Shown: piece after piece, positions 1-8,454 of the stretch
How the letters are laid out: each line of letters begins with the position of its first letter
How positions within the stretch are numbered: position 1 is the first letter of the stretch
NCBI GenBank assembly: GCA_964609495.1
Contig: CAZSTA010000028.1
Coordinates: forward strand, 1 to 26,036
Direction of reading: 5' to 3'
From: an uncultured bacterium
Lineage (GTDB): Bacteria > CAZSTA01
DNA: 26,036 nt
The notes under the pieces: generated by a model
What the model was told of the DNA's origin: nothing
What the model saw: the letters and a program-made list of their open reading frames with translations, nothing else
Database searches by the model: none
Position numbers and translations under genes: made by a program

Positions 1-36
1 CTGAATTAATAAGGCTATCAAGGAATCTTGTTAATT

Positions 37-172
37 ATCACCCTCCCCTAACCCCCTCCCATCAAGGGAGGGGGAACTAAAGGGCTTTAGTTCAATCTCA
101 GCGTTCCCTCTCCCCTTGTGGGAGAGGGATAGGGTGAGGGGGAATTATATCTTGGTAAAATCTGCTAGCACG
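37..172 (+). repeat. A-family MITE-like repeat, copy 1. Two perfect 9-bp G/C hairpins (CCCCCTCCC-atcaa-GGGAGGGGG at 52-74; CCCTCTCCC-ttgt-GGGAGAGGG at 106-128), a G4-capable tract at 120-142, and right terminal inverted repeat atctgctagcacg at 160-172
   Basis: The sequence is near-identical to 20934-21047 (the 45-bp 3' core gttccctctcccctYgtgggagagggatagggtgagggggaa is almost perfectly conserved). It is the reverse complement of cgtgctagcagat at 25947-25959. The hairpins were read directly from the sequence. Confidence 0.6.
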
Positions 173-219
173 GGCTTTTACATACCTATTTTTATTCTAA
201 AAATTTTTTGGTTTTACTC

Positions 220-248
220 TTGACTTTTTGTTTGAATTATTGTATATT
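220..248 (+). promoter_or_regulatory. sigma70-type promoter TTGACT-17nt-TATATT upstream of tRNA-Ala
   Basis: -35 TTGACT at 220-225, a 17-nt spacer, and -10 TATATT at 243-248. The mature tRNA 5' end lies about 20 nt downstream. Confidence 0.5.
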
Positions 249-269
249 ATAGTGAAAGTGTGGCTCGAT

Positions 270-345
270 GGGGACGTAGCTCAGTTGGGAGAGCGCCTGC
301 TTCGCAAGTAGGAGGTCGGCGGTTCGAATCCGCTCGTCTCCACCA
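270..345 (+). tRNA. tRNA-Ala, anticodon CGC, with encoded 3' CCA
   Basis: Manual cloverleaf: acceptor GGGGACG/CGTCTCC with a G3:U70 pair (the alanine identity element), D-arm GCTC-AGTTGGGA-GAGC, anticodon stem CCTGC/GTAGG with loop TTCGCAA (anticodon CGC), variable loop AGGTC, T-arm GGCGG-TTCGAAT-CCGCT, discriminator A, CCA. Total 76 nt. Confidence 0.9.
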
Positions 346-374
346 ATAACTAGAAAATTTTTTTCAAATAGATG

Positions 375-403
375 TTGACAGAATCGATATTTTAAGGTAG
401 AAT
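375..403 (+). promoter_or_regulatory. sigma70-type promoter TTGACA-17nt-TAGAAT upstream of the Yip1-like gene
   Basis: Consensus -35 at 375-380, a 17-nt spacer, and -10 TAGAAT at 398-403. The downstream ORF starts at 443. Confidence 0.45.
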
Positions 404-442
404 AGGGGTATCTTTTATATTAGACGGGAGAGGGGCGGTAGA

Positions 443-961
443 ATGAACGAAAATATTCTAAATAGGTATTTGGCTGACTGGAGAGGAGTAGTTACTAACC
501 CCTGGAATTTCTTTAAAAATATGCCGGTTACGGGTGGTTATCAAGCGCCACTGATATTTGCAGTTATTAGTTTTCTTGTGAATGGATTGCTAAGCGCGAT
601 ATTCCTCCGTAGAGTAGGGTTTCTCGCTATAATAACCACCCCTATAGGAGGAATAATTGGTTTGTTTATAGGAGCCGCAATTTTATTGGTCTGTTTTAAG
701 ATCGTAAAAGGCACTGGAGAATATGAAGCCACCTTCAGAGTTTTAAGTTATTCCAGCGCAACGCAAGTCGCCACTTGGATTCCTTATGTAGGGTGGATAG
801 CTACTCTCTATGGTCTTTATCTGGTAGTTGTGGGTTGCGGCGAGATTCACAAAGTATCAACCGCTAAGTCCGTTTTGGCTGTTCTAATCCCAGTGATCGT
901 GATAATTTTGATCGCCTGGATCGCAGGACTATCCTTCCTTCTCGGACTTTTCCAGAGCTGA
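443..961 (+). CDS. Yip1-family-like integral membrane protein (about 5 TM)
   Basis: 172-aa ORF with a hydrophilic N-terminus (NPWNFFKNM) followed by several hydrophobic helices. This architecture is typical of bacterial Yip1/DUF1282 proteins. A promoter is present upstream. Confidence 0.4.
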   Translation: MNENILNRYLADWRGVVTNPWNFFKNMPVTGGYQAPLIFAVISFLVNGLLSAIFLRRVGFLAIITTPIGGIIGLFIGAAILLVCFKIVKGTGEYEATFRVLSYSSATQVATWIPYVGWIATLYGLYLVVVGCGEIHKVSTAKSVLAVLIPVIVIILIAWIAGLSFLLGLFQS

Positions 962-1092
962 ATTTGATGAGAGCTGCTTTAACTTGGAAGGACTTAATAA
1001 ATCTTTTTCTTCGCTCATTCTACTAGTGGATGTCCGCTAGTTTACTGACTGTTATAGTCAAATTAAGATGGGAAGTTGGAGGGACTAGGTAA

Positions 1093-1113
1093 GCAACTTG
1101 GACACCAAGTTGC
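1093..1113 (+). terminator. perfect hairpin GCAACTTGG-aca-CCAAGTTGC (9-bp stem) downstream of the Yip1-like gene
   Basis: Inverted repeat read directly from the sequence. No U-tract follows, so its function as an intrinsic terminator is uncertain. Confidence 0.25.
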
Positions 1114-1164
1114 TCTAGTCTCGCTTGCCTACACTCCTCTAAAGAGGAGTTAAATCGGATGAAC

Positions 1165-1325
1165 TGGGGAGTCTATAGTCCCTCAGGTAGGCATAAAGGA
1201 AACTTTCGCAGGCAATAGAGCTCAAGTGTTCTGGTAACTTTTGCAGACAAAAATTATAAGGTTAAAAAGTTACCAAAATTAAGAAGTTTCCTTATAAAGT
1301 GATGTTTGTTCATTAATATCACAAT
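1165..1325 (+). repeat. B-family intergenic repeat, copy 1 (~160 bp)
   Basis: Roughly 70% identity over ~160 bp to 2722-2885 (blocks tagtccctcagRtaggYataaaggaa, gcNggcaataRaRctcaag, aacttttgcagNcaa, gtttccttNtaaagKg...catNaatatc). It is a partial reverse-complement match to 25826-25890. Confidence 0.5.
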
Positions 1326-1539
1326 TATCTATCCTTCTTATTAGAATTTATCCTTATCTGTCCTCCTTAGAAGAGGAGTGATGGGATGGGAACGAGAATC
1401 TGATCGGGAGGTAGAATCTCAAATCGGAAGAGTTGAGGTCAGGTAAAGTAGCTTCTAAAAATTAAGGCAAATTTGGCTCTTGATCGAGTTTAGACTTGAT
1501 CTGCCTAATAAAATGTAATGTAAGGAGGGATTTAAGTAA

Positions 1540-2640
1540 ATGGCTGAAGTTATACTGGAGAATGTTACCAAGGTCTTCGGTGATGTGACAGCGGTCAATA
1601 ATGCTACTCTAGAGGTTAAGGATAGGGAGTTTGTAGTATTAGTGGGACCGTCTGGTTGTGGAAAGACTACCACGCTAAGGATGGTAGCGGGATTAGAGGA
1701 GATCACTGATGGTAATATCTACATCGGAGGAACCCTAGTTAACGATATCCCACCTAAAGATCGTGATATCGCTATGGTGTTCCAGAACTATGCTCTGTAT
1801 CCGCATATGGACGTCTATAACAATATGGCTTTCGGACTGAAGTTGAGGAAATTCCCCAGGAAGGATATAGAGGCTAGAGTTGAAGAAGCTGCTTCTATCC
1901 TAGGAATTAGGGAGCTTCTAAAGAGAAGACCGAAGCAGCTCTCTGGTGGACAGCGACAGAGAGTTGCGGTGGGAAGGGCTATTGTGCGACATCCCAAGGT
2001 CTTCCTCTTTGATGAGCCTCTATCCAACTTGGACGCGAAGCTTCGAGTTCAAATGAGGGCTGAGCTTTCTAGGTTGCATGATAGACTCCAGGCGACGATA
2101 ATCTACGTTACCCACGACCAGGTGGAGGCTATGACGATGGGAGATAGAATCGTTGTTATGAACGAGGGGAATATCCTCCAGGTTGACACCCCTCAGGAGC
2201 TTTATGATCATCCAGCTAATAGATTCGTGGCTGGATTCATCGGTAGTCCCTCTATGAACTTCTTCAATACTCGAGTAGTAAAGATCAAGGATGATCTGTG
2301 GATAGATGGTGAATCCTTCAAGGTTAAGATCCCGAGTGATAAGGCTAGGGCTATGGAGTCTTTCACTAATCAAGATATCATCTTTGGTTTGAGGCCTGAG
2401 GATATCAGTGCTAAAGTTAATGTTCCTGATGCGGATCCAGATTGTACGATCAAGATAGACGTAGATGTTGTTGAGCCGATGGGGGCTGAGTTGTTTGTCT
2501 ATGCAATAACTGGCGAACATTCTTTCATCGCTAGGGTTGAGCCTCATACCCCAGCCGAGGTAGGAAAGCCCCTAGAGTTAGTATTCGCGATGAACTTCAT
2601 GCACGCCTTCAGGCCGGATACAGAGGAAGCGATTCTCTAA
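1540..2640 (+). CDS. ABC transporter ATP-binding protein of the MalK/UgpC/MsmX type, with a C-terminal TOBE-like domain. It is an orphan with no adjacent permease or binding protein.
   Basis: Walker [10 protein letters not shown], signature [16 protein letters not shown], Walker [13 protein letters not shown], and a H-loop. The ~130-aa C-terminal extension is typical of MalK-like ATPases. RBS AAGGAGGG lies 10 nt upstream. Confidence 0.85.
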   Translation: MAEVILENVTKVFGDVTAVNNATLEVKDREFVVLVGPSGCGKTTTLRMVAGLEEITDGNIYIGGTLVNDIPPKDRDIAMVFQNYALYPHMDVYNNMAFGLKLRKFPRKDIEARVEEAASILGIRELLKRRPKQLSGGQRQRVAVGRAIVRHPKVFLFDEPLSNLDAKLRVQMRAELSRLHDRLQATIIYVTHDQVEAMTMGDRIVVMNEGNILQVDTPQELYDHPANRFVAGFIGSPSMNFFNTRVVKIKDDLWIDGESFKVKIPSDKARAMESFTNQDIIFGLRPEDISAKVNVPDADPDCTIKIDVDVVEPMGAELFVYAITGEHSFIARVEPHTPAEVGKPLELVFAMNFMHAFRPDTEEAIL

Positions 2641-2721
2641 GCCTCATCATAGCTTAATTCATCGAACTTTTTAATATAAAACTCTATTGATTTTGTGGGC
2701 GGATATGGGCTTTTATATTAG

Positions 2722-2885
2722 AGGGGATTTTGTAGTCCCTCAGATAGGTATAAAGGAAGGAAATTTTTGCCGGCAATAAAACTCAAGCGAAAAGGGAACT
2801 TTTGCAGTCAATAGGACCCAAGGTAAAGAAGTCCCCTTTTTAAAGGGTTTCCTTCTAAAGGGGTATTTGTCCATAAATATCGGGG
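2722..2885 (+). repeat. B-family intergenic repeat, copy 2. It contains the perfect 10-bp palindrome TTGCCGGCAA at 2767-2776.
   Basis: Homologous to 1165-1325 and, in reverse complement, to 25826-25890. Confidence 0.5.
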
Positions 2886-2895
2886 CTATGCTAGA

Positions 2896-2947
2896 CCCTA
2901 TTTGTCGGATATAATCCCTTATATTCGATAATATAGGGCTTTTTTTT
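2896..2947 (+). terminator. hairpin (CCCTAT...ATAGGG) followed by a T8 tract, lying 7 nt upstream of the mtaB start codon. It may act as an intrinsic terminator or attenuator-like leader structure.
   Basis: The stem is 6 bp with a large, internally structured loop. It is followed by tttttttt at 2940-2947 and then ggaaag ATG. Confidence 0.35.
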
Positions 2948-2953
2948 GGAAAG

Positions 2954-4279
2954 ATGAGAAAGGTTGCTTTTTTAACCGCCGGTTGTAAATTAAATCAATA
3001 TGAGACCGAGGCGATGGTCGAGCAGTTTATCTGCAAAGGTTGGCAGGTGGTTGCTTCGGAGGATAAAGCTGATGTTTATGTAATCAATACTTGTACCGTC
3101 ACCCATCGAGGAGATAGAACATCCCGTTATCTGATTCGGAGAGCCTATAGAAATAATGAGGATGCTTTGATAGTTGTAACTGGATGTTATGCTCAGGTTG
3201 CTAGCAGTGAAATAGCTCAGATGAGCGAGGTAGATATAATATTAGGAAACGCGGAGAAAGAACACATAATAGACTTCATTCCTTCTTCCACGAGTAAATT
3301 TGCGACTCCTGAGATCAAGGTAAGTAGAATATCACGGAAAAGCAATTTCTCTTTCCCGGCGATAGATAGTTTTACCAAAAATACGAGGGCTTTTATAAAG
3401 ATCCAGGATGGCTGTGATGCCTATTGCTCCTATTGTTTGGTGCCTTATGCCCGAGGACCAAGTCGTAGTCAGGCCCCTGAGATCGTGATCGATCAGGTCA
3501 GTAAGCTGATCGATCATAATTATCAGGAGATCGTCTTGACTGGAATCCACTTGGGAACTTATGGAAGAGATCTTCTTCCTCCTACCAACCTAGCGAAACT
3601 ACTAGCTTCCCTGCTCGATTTGGAAGGATTGAAGAGATTGCGTCTGACATCGCTTAAGCCGACGGAGATAGATGAAGAGCTTCTGAGTCTGATATCTAGT
3701 TCTTCTAGGATATGTCGTCATCTCCATATCTCCTTGCAAAGTGGCGATGATGAGATATTGAAGGCTATGAGGAGAAGATATACCGTTTCTGATTATCGCC
3801 AACTTATCGAGGATATAAAGGGTAGAATCCCAGACATCGGTTTAGGGACCGACGTTATCGTAGGATTTCCGGGGGAGGCTGAGAAGAACTTCGACAATAC
3901 TTATGCTCTAATCTCTGAGTTACCTTTTACCTATCTCCATGTTTTTCCCTATTCCAAGCGAAAGGGGACTGTTGCCGCGACTATGACCAATCATATATCC
4001 GCTGAGATTCGCCAACATCGAGGGGAAGTTCTAAGAAAGTTATCCCGAGAGAAATCGCAAGCTTTCCGCAGAAGTTTTATAGGGAAGAGTCTACCAGTTC
4101 TAATAGAGAGGAGCAGGGATAAAGGGACTTCTCTTTTAGTAGGATTCTCAGATAACTATATAAGAGTCTATATAGAAGGTCCAGACGAGTTGATGAATAA
4201 AATAGTTGAGGTGAGAATCGAGAGGGTGGAGGGAAAGATAACGAAGGGGACTTTGGTGGGGAAGGGAGAGATCGAATGA
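2954..4279 (+). CDS. mtaB: radical-SAM methylthiotransferase, MtaB-type (tRNA t6A37 methylthiotransferase; MiaB/RimO family)
   Basis: Three N-terminal MTTase cysteines (LTAGCKLN, INTCTVT, VTGCYAQ). Radical SAM motif CDAYCSYC. C-terminal TRAM-like region. The N-terminus MRKVAFLTAGCKLNQYETEAM resembles B. subtilis YqeV/MtaB. Confidence 0.8.
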   Translation: MRKVAFLTAGCKLNQYETEAMVEQFICKGWQVVASEDKADVYVINTCTVTHRGDRTSRYLIRRAYRNNEDALIVVTGCYAQVASSEIAQMSEVDIILGNAEKEHIIDFIPSSTSKFATPEIKVSRISRKSNFSFPAIDSFTKNTRAFIKIQDGCDAYCSYCLVPYARGPSRSQAPEIVIDQVSKLIDHNYQEIVLTGIHLGTYGRDLLPPTNLAKLLASLLDLEGLKRLRLTSLKPTEIDEELLSLISSSSRICRHLHISLQSGDDEILKAMRRRYTVSDYRQLIEDIKGRIPDIGLGTDVIVGFPGEAEKNFDNTYALISELPFTYLHVFPYSKRKGTVAATMTNHISAEIRQHRGEVLRKLSREKSQAFRRSFIGKSLPVLIERSRDKGTSLLVGFSDNYIRVYIEGPDELMNKIVEVRIERVEGKITKGTLVGKGEIE

Positions 4280-4683
4280 GTAGCTTCATAGTTAATCCTA
4301 TAGGTTGTGTTCATCAGGGAGAGGGAGGAGCTTTTATCGAAATACATCCCGAATATCGACCGGGGTTATTAGGATTAGAGAAGTTCTCTCACGTAAATAT
4401 CTACTACTGGCTTCATAGGAGGGATAACAAGAGGGATAGAGGAGTATTACAGGTTACACCTTCTCGACCTAAAGCTTCCCTAACAGGAGTATTCGCTTGT
4501 CGATCTCCTAGTAGGCCTAATTCGATCGGGTACTTCGTAGCGAAGATAATCGAGGTCAGGGAGGATGGGATAGCTATCGAGCGAATTGATGCTTTTGAGG
4601 GAACTCCAGTGCTTGATATCAAACCTTATATCATCTCCAGTGATTGCCGACCAGAAGCTAAGATGGCGGATTGGTTGCTTTGA
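4276..4683 (+). CDS. tsaA: TsaA/TrmO(YaeB)-family tRNA methyltransferase domain protein (tRNA m6t6A37 methyltransferase-like)
   Basis: Motifs GVFACRSPSRPNSIG and GTPVLDIKPY are typical of the TsaA/YaeB fold. The start ATG overlaps the mtaB stop by 4 nt (ATGA), indicating translational coupling. Confidence 0.65.
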   Translation: MSSFIVNPIGCVHQGEGGAFIEIHPEYRPGLLGLEKFSHVNIYYWLHRRDNKRDRGVLQVTPSRPKASLTGVFACRSPSRPNSIGYFVAKIIEVREDGIAIERIDAFEGTPVLDIKPYIISSDCRPEAKMADWLL

Positions 4684-4719
4684 GTGTTATCTCGGTCGAG
4701 ATTAAGATAATATCGCGAA

Positions 4720-6060
4720 TCATCTGACTAATTTATCAAGCACTTCTGCCAACTGACCAGCCAATTTCTTACGACTAAATAGCTCCTCTACCTCGGGGAT
4801 CACCCCCTTATCATCTCCTCCTTTATTCAGGGAGCGAAGCAGTTTGAGTAATTCCTCTTTTATCCCGTTCACATCATCAGGATCTACTGTGATTCCAACC
4901 CCTAACCTGTTTAGAAGCCTTTCTGCTTCCCCATCTTTTTGAGTAATCGCTAGAATTGGCTTGCCAGTTGCTAGATATTCAAATAATTTATTAGTAAGTG
5001 CATATCCCGGCTCTATTATGAGCAATAAGATATCAGCCTCAAGCTGATATCTTATTGCTTCTTCGTATGATACAGTTCCCTTAACATCTACAATATCTCC
5101 CAGTTCCAGTATATAATCCTTAAATCTCTCTTCTACATAGCCTATAAAATTAACTTTAATAACATCTTTAAACTCAGGATTATTTTCGATCAGCTCCTTA
5201 ACAGCACGGAGAAAACTGACCGGACTATGTTCAATACAAAAAGTTCCGGTATAGGTTATCTGAATTTTATCATTACGGGAGAGAGGTTTTTCCGAATTAG
5301 TATGGATCATATTATCTGTCCTAGGAGGAACATAGGACGGATAATCATCAGGATCGAAACCGTTGGTGATAAGCTCATATTTGCTCTTGTTGATAGAAGG
5401 GTACTTATCTCTGAAATCGGAGATCATAGTTTCGGTCACCGCTAGTATCTTATCAGCCGATTTCAAGATACTAAATTCTAAACGCTCCTCGGCATACCTT
5501 CTAAATGTTCCTCTTTCTCTTATCCGAATAGGAAGATGAGCCCAAGGATCTCTAAAATCGACCACTAGGGGACTTCGAGAGAGTCCTTTAAGGCAAGCTC
5601 CGATTATATGATCGGTGAAGGGAGGCGAGGTTGAATATATCACTTTTATCTCCTGATCCCTAATCAGCTTCAACCCTTTAATAACCGCCGAGGGAAACCA
5701 GTATATATGCTCCTCTGGGAAAGATATCTTCCTCTTGATGAGTCGCATAACATCTCTAATCTTCGAGGCAGAAGTAGAGGTGTTGTGAAAGGAATCCTCA
5801 TTGGCCTTCACTGCCGAAGGAGAGCCCCATAGCGAGGGGGTGATGATCTCTTCTAAGGAGAAAGTGCGATTAATCTCTACCTGAGCAGGAAGCTGAAGGA
5901 GCAAGGATTCATCTTTATAATGCACTACATGCTTCCGCACAGTCAGGATTATAGGCTTCCAGCCATACGAGGGTAGGTATTTAGCGAATTTTATGGCTCT
6001 AATCGCCCCAGTTCCTCCAAAAGGAGGGAACATATGGACTATCATTAATACACTTTTCAT
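4720..6060 (-). CDS. GT4-family glycosyltransferase
   Basis: N-terminus MKSVLMIVHMFPPFGGTGA, and a C-terminal EX7E-type region (EADILLLIIEPGYALTNKLFEYLATGKPILA). The ORF track extends upstream to a TTG at 6117, which would overlap the upstream gene by 56 nt. The ATG at 6060 abuts the upstream stop at 6062 and gives a typical GT4 N-terminus. Confidence 0.75.
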   Translation of the reverse strand: MKSVLMIVHMFPPFGGTGAIRAIKFAKYLPSYGWKPIILTVRKHVVHYKDESLLLQLPAQVEINRTFSLEEIITPSLWGSPSAVKANEDSFHNTSTSASKIRDVMRLIKRKISFPEEHIYWFPSAVIKGLKLIRDQEIKVIYSTSPPFTDHIIGACLKGLSRSPLVVDFRDPWAHLPIRIRERGTFRRYAEERLEFSILKSADKILAVTETMISDFRDKYPSINKSKYELITNGFDPDDYPSYVPPRTDNMIHTNSEKPLSRNDKIQITYTGTFCIEHSPVSFLRAVKELIENNPEFKDVIKVNFIGYVEERFKDYILELGDIVDVKGTVSYEEAIRYQLEADILLLIIEPGYALTNKLFEYLATGKPILAITQKDGEAERLLNRLGVGITVDPDDVNGIKEELLKLLRSLNKGGDDKGVIPEVEELFSRKKLAGQLAEVLDKLVR

Positions 6061-6061
6061 A

Positions 6062-7105
6062 TCAACTGATCTTAAGCCTTCTAATTTTTTGCCTAAGGAT
6101 TGCCTCACCGATTCCAAAGAGTCCTTTCAAGCTTCTCTGATATCTCCTCCACTTATCTGCGTAGAAGGAGAATATCTTCTCGGAAGTAATAGCATATAAT
6201 ACGTCAAGTTGAGCTATCTCAAAGCTCAGATAGAATTTATCCATAAAGTAGAAGTTATCAGGAGAGCTATCCTCTCTTAAATCATAATGAACCCAGAAGC
6301 CGGTATCATATTTGGCGATATTTTCCTTAAGGACTGTTATCCCTTCGTTGAATAGCTTCAGGGCTTTTTCGATCCTGGTTACTCGATAATAATCCCAGAT
6401 GCCGAATAATGCCCATATATGTCCATTCATTACGTGGATCAATTCGGTATTCGGATATTCCTCATACCAGATCCCATTTCCAGAGCTATCCGCTACCCCT
6501 CCTTCCTCGATCGGTGTTTCAAGGATACGCATAGCGGCTGAAGCTACTTCGAGGTATCTCTCCTCCCCTGTCAACTGATAAGCTCTGAGAAGGGCGGAGA
6601 TACCTTGTCCCTGAGACATAGCGGATATCCAAGGATATTTCAGGAGGTATGGTTTCCACTCAAAATTATACTCCCACTTCCCATCTCTCTGATTATTGAC
6701 TAGCCAATCTACCTGTCTGATAAATTGGGTGCGACATTCTTCCTCTCCAGTCTTAAGATATAAATTATAGCTCTCCAGCCCGTAGTGAGCGACATAGGCA
6801 GGGTTTATTTGCCTCCCTATCTTTTTATCTTTATCGTTATATACCTCATTATAATCTTCGATAAATACCCCGTTTTTATCGAAGATATATGACTCTCTGC
6901 TGATGCGAAAGACATTTCTTCCTCCCGCGTGAACGTAATAAGGCCCCAAGACCTCACCAGTCAGATTGGAGAAATCCGCTTCCATCAGGGATATTCCTGG
7001 TGGGCTGATATAGTAGCCCTTATAGAGTGCTAACATTTTAGGGGTAAGATAGAGAGCAATTATGGCTATTAAAACTATTAAGAAGATGATAAAATTTAAT
7101 AACAT
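6062..7105 (-). CDS. membrane-anchored (alpha/alpha)6-barrel protein resembling the D-glucuronyl C5-epimerase C-terminal domain / N-acyl-glucosamine 2-epimerase superfamily
   Basis: A single N-terminal TM helix is followed by a ~320-aa soluble domain. The motif WISAMSQGQGISALLRAY is reminiscent of the SAMAQG motif of C5-epimerase-like proteins. It is operonic with the GT4 gene. Confidence 0.35.
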   Translation of the reverse strand: MLLNFIIFLIVLIAIIALYLTPKMLALYKGYYISPPGISLMEADFSNLTGEVLGPYYVHAGGRNVFRISRESYIFDKNGVFIEDYNEVYNDKDKKIGRQINPAYVAHYGLESYNLYLKTGEEECRTQFIRQVDWLVNNQRDGKWEYNFEWKPYLLKYPWISAMSQGQGISALLRAYQLTGEERYLEVASAAMRILETPIEEGGVADSSGNGIWYEEYPNTELIHVMNGHIWALFGIWDYYRVTRIEKALKLFNEGITVLKENIAKYDTGFWVHYDLREDSSPDNFYFMDKFYLSFEIAQLDVLYAITSEKIFSFYADKWRRYQRSLKGLFGIGEAILRQKIRRLKIS

Positions 7106-7238
7106 CTTTTAATCTATCCTCACTATCTCTCTCCGTCAAGAAGTTACTTAACATCACGAATCGCTCACTCTCGCCATCTCCTTTAAGAGAGCAGAGATCT
7201 CCATAAAAGAACTACCGTAATTGTTCGTTAGCCATATT

Positions 7239-8429
7239 CTAGGATGAATCCAACACTGGCTTAGCAGTCTCTCGCTTAAGCATATTATCGAGGATGCGGG
7301 AGGAAATTATCAAAACTATTGAGAACATCAATAAAGCACTCATCGTCAATCCTGCTCTTAAGCTTAGATGATCAGCGATAAAACCGATTGACGCGCTGAA
7401 GAGAATCACTCCTAAACTACTGCTGGCTTCCAAGATAGCGGTAACTTTCCCAGTATGGGGAGAGAAAACCGTATTTGCTATAGCCATAATTGTAGGAAAT
7501 ACGCCTGAGAAGAAGAGGCCAGCCAGGGAGAAGAATATAATTGATAGGGAGAGGTTTCGTATATATAATGCGGCGATGAGGGAGAGAAAAGAACCAACCG
7601 CACAGCCAAGAATGAGATTAGTATATCCCACCCTCTCCGCTATTAATCCGCAGAGAAAGCGGCCGATCATCATTGCGATCCAAATGAAGGAGAGCGTTAG
7701 ACTCGCCCATAGTATAGGGACTGATAGTTTCTCACTCAAATAGGTTACTACCCAGGTGCCTACTCCCACCTCTGCCCCTACATAGAAACCTATTATTACG
7801 CTTAACAATATGAGAAGTTTACTCCTCAGCAGTTGAGAGAAAGTCCCTTTTGATGATGTATGTTTGGAGGGAAGAGGAGGAAATCTTTGCGGCAGGGTGA
7901 AAATAAGGAAGCTAGTTAGTAAAAGCGAGATGGCAAGATAGATCGTTCTCCAGTCGATATTTCGAGATAACAGCGCCCCTATCGCTATAGGGGTAAGGAA
8001 AGCCCCTAGACTGAAGAAAACATGAGTTAGGTTATAGGCTCTACCCTTCCCCTCCGCGTTTATATCGGAGATGAGGGAGTTTAACCCTACCTCCCACATC
8101 CCAGAGCCAACTCCTATCAGAAAGATAAATAATATCCCCAGATAGAAGTTGTAAGTCCTGCTAAATAATGAAAACCCTCCTACTACACATACACTCCCTA
8201 TGATAAGAGTCGATTTTTTACCCCAACTGTCGCTTATTAAACCAGCTACAAAGACCGCTCCCAAGAAGCTTAGGGATTTGGTGATGAGAAGATAGGAGAC
8301 TTGGGAGTAACTTAATTGGAAGCTCTCCCTTATATAGGGAAGACAGGGACCCATTGCCAGCATATCCACAGCCAGAAGTACCATCCCGATGAAACTTAGA
8401 TAAGTTAGTGAGCGATATATAGTGATCAA
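7239..8429 (-). CDS. MFS transporter (12 TM)
   Basis: 396 aa, polytopic, with two 6-TM halves. The start codon is TTG (complement of 8427-8429), with an AAGGGAG RBS 6 nt upstream. Confidence 0.7.
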   Translation of the reverse strand: MITIYRSLTYLSFIGMVLLAVDMLAMGPCLPYIRESFQLSYSQVSYLLITKSLSFLGAVFVAGLISDSWGKKSTLIIGSVCVVGGFSLFSRTYNFYLGILFIFLIGVGSGMWEVGLNSLISDINAEGKGRAYNLTHVFFSLGAFLTPIAIGALLSRNIDWRTIYLAISLLLTSFLIFTLPQRFPPLPSKHTSSKGTFSQLLRSKLLILLSVIIGFYVGAEVGVGTWVVTYLSEKLSVPILWASLTLSFIWIAMMIGRFLCGLIAERVGYTNLILGCAVGSFLSLIAALYIRNLSLSIIFFSLAGLFFSGVFPTIMAIANTVFSPHTGKVTAILEASSSLGVILFSASIGFIADHLSLRAGLTMSALLMFSIVLIISSRILDNMLKRETAKPVLDSS

Positions 8430-8454
8430 CTCCCTTTAGACAGAGTTAAGTTCT

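Noticed and set aside
541-732. Minus-strand ORFs nested inside plus-strand genes (e.g. 541-732, 1455-1706, 1815-2547, 3332-3802, 4077-4289, 4413-4622, 14813-15250, 15369-16116, 16604-16870, 17148-17342, 22334-23013, 24557-24922) and plus-strand ORFs nested inside minus-strand genes (5227-5445, 5993-6199, 9356-9568)
   Set aside because: They lie fully inside well-supported genes on the opposite strand, lack RBS, and have low-complexity or Ser/Pro/Leu-rich composition typical of antisense frames.
6061-6117. N-terminal extension of the GT4 gene to a TTG at 6117 (ORF track start)
   Set aside because: It would overlap the upstream gene by 56 nt and adds a non-homologous 19-aa leader. The ATG at 6060 gives the canonical GT4 N-terminus and a 1-nt intergenic gap.
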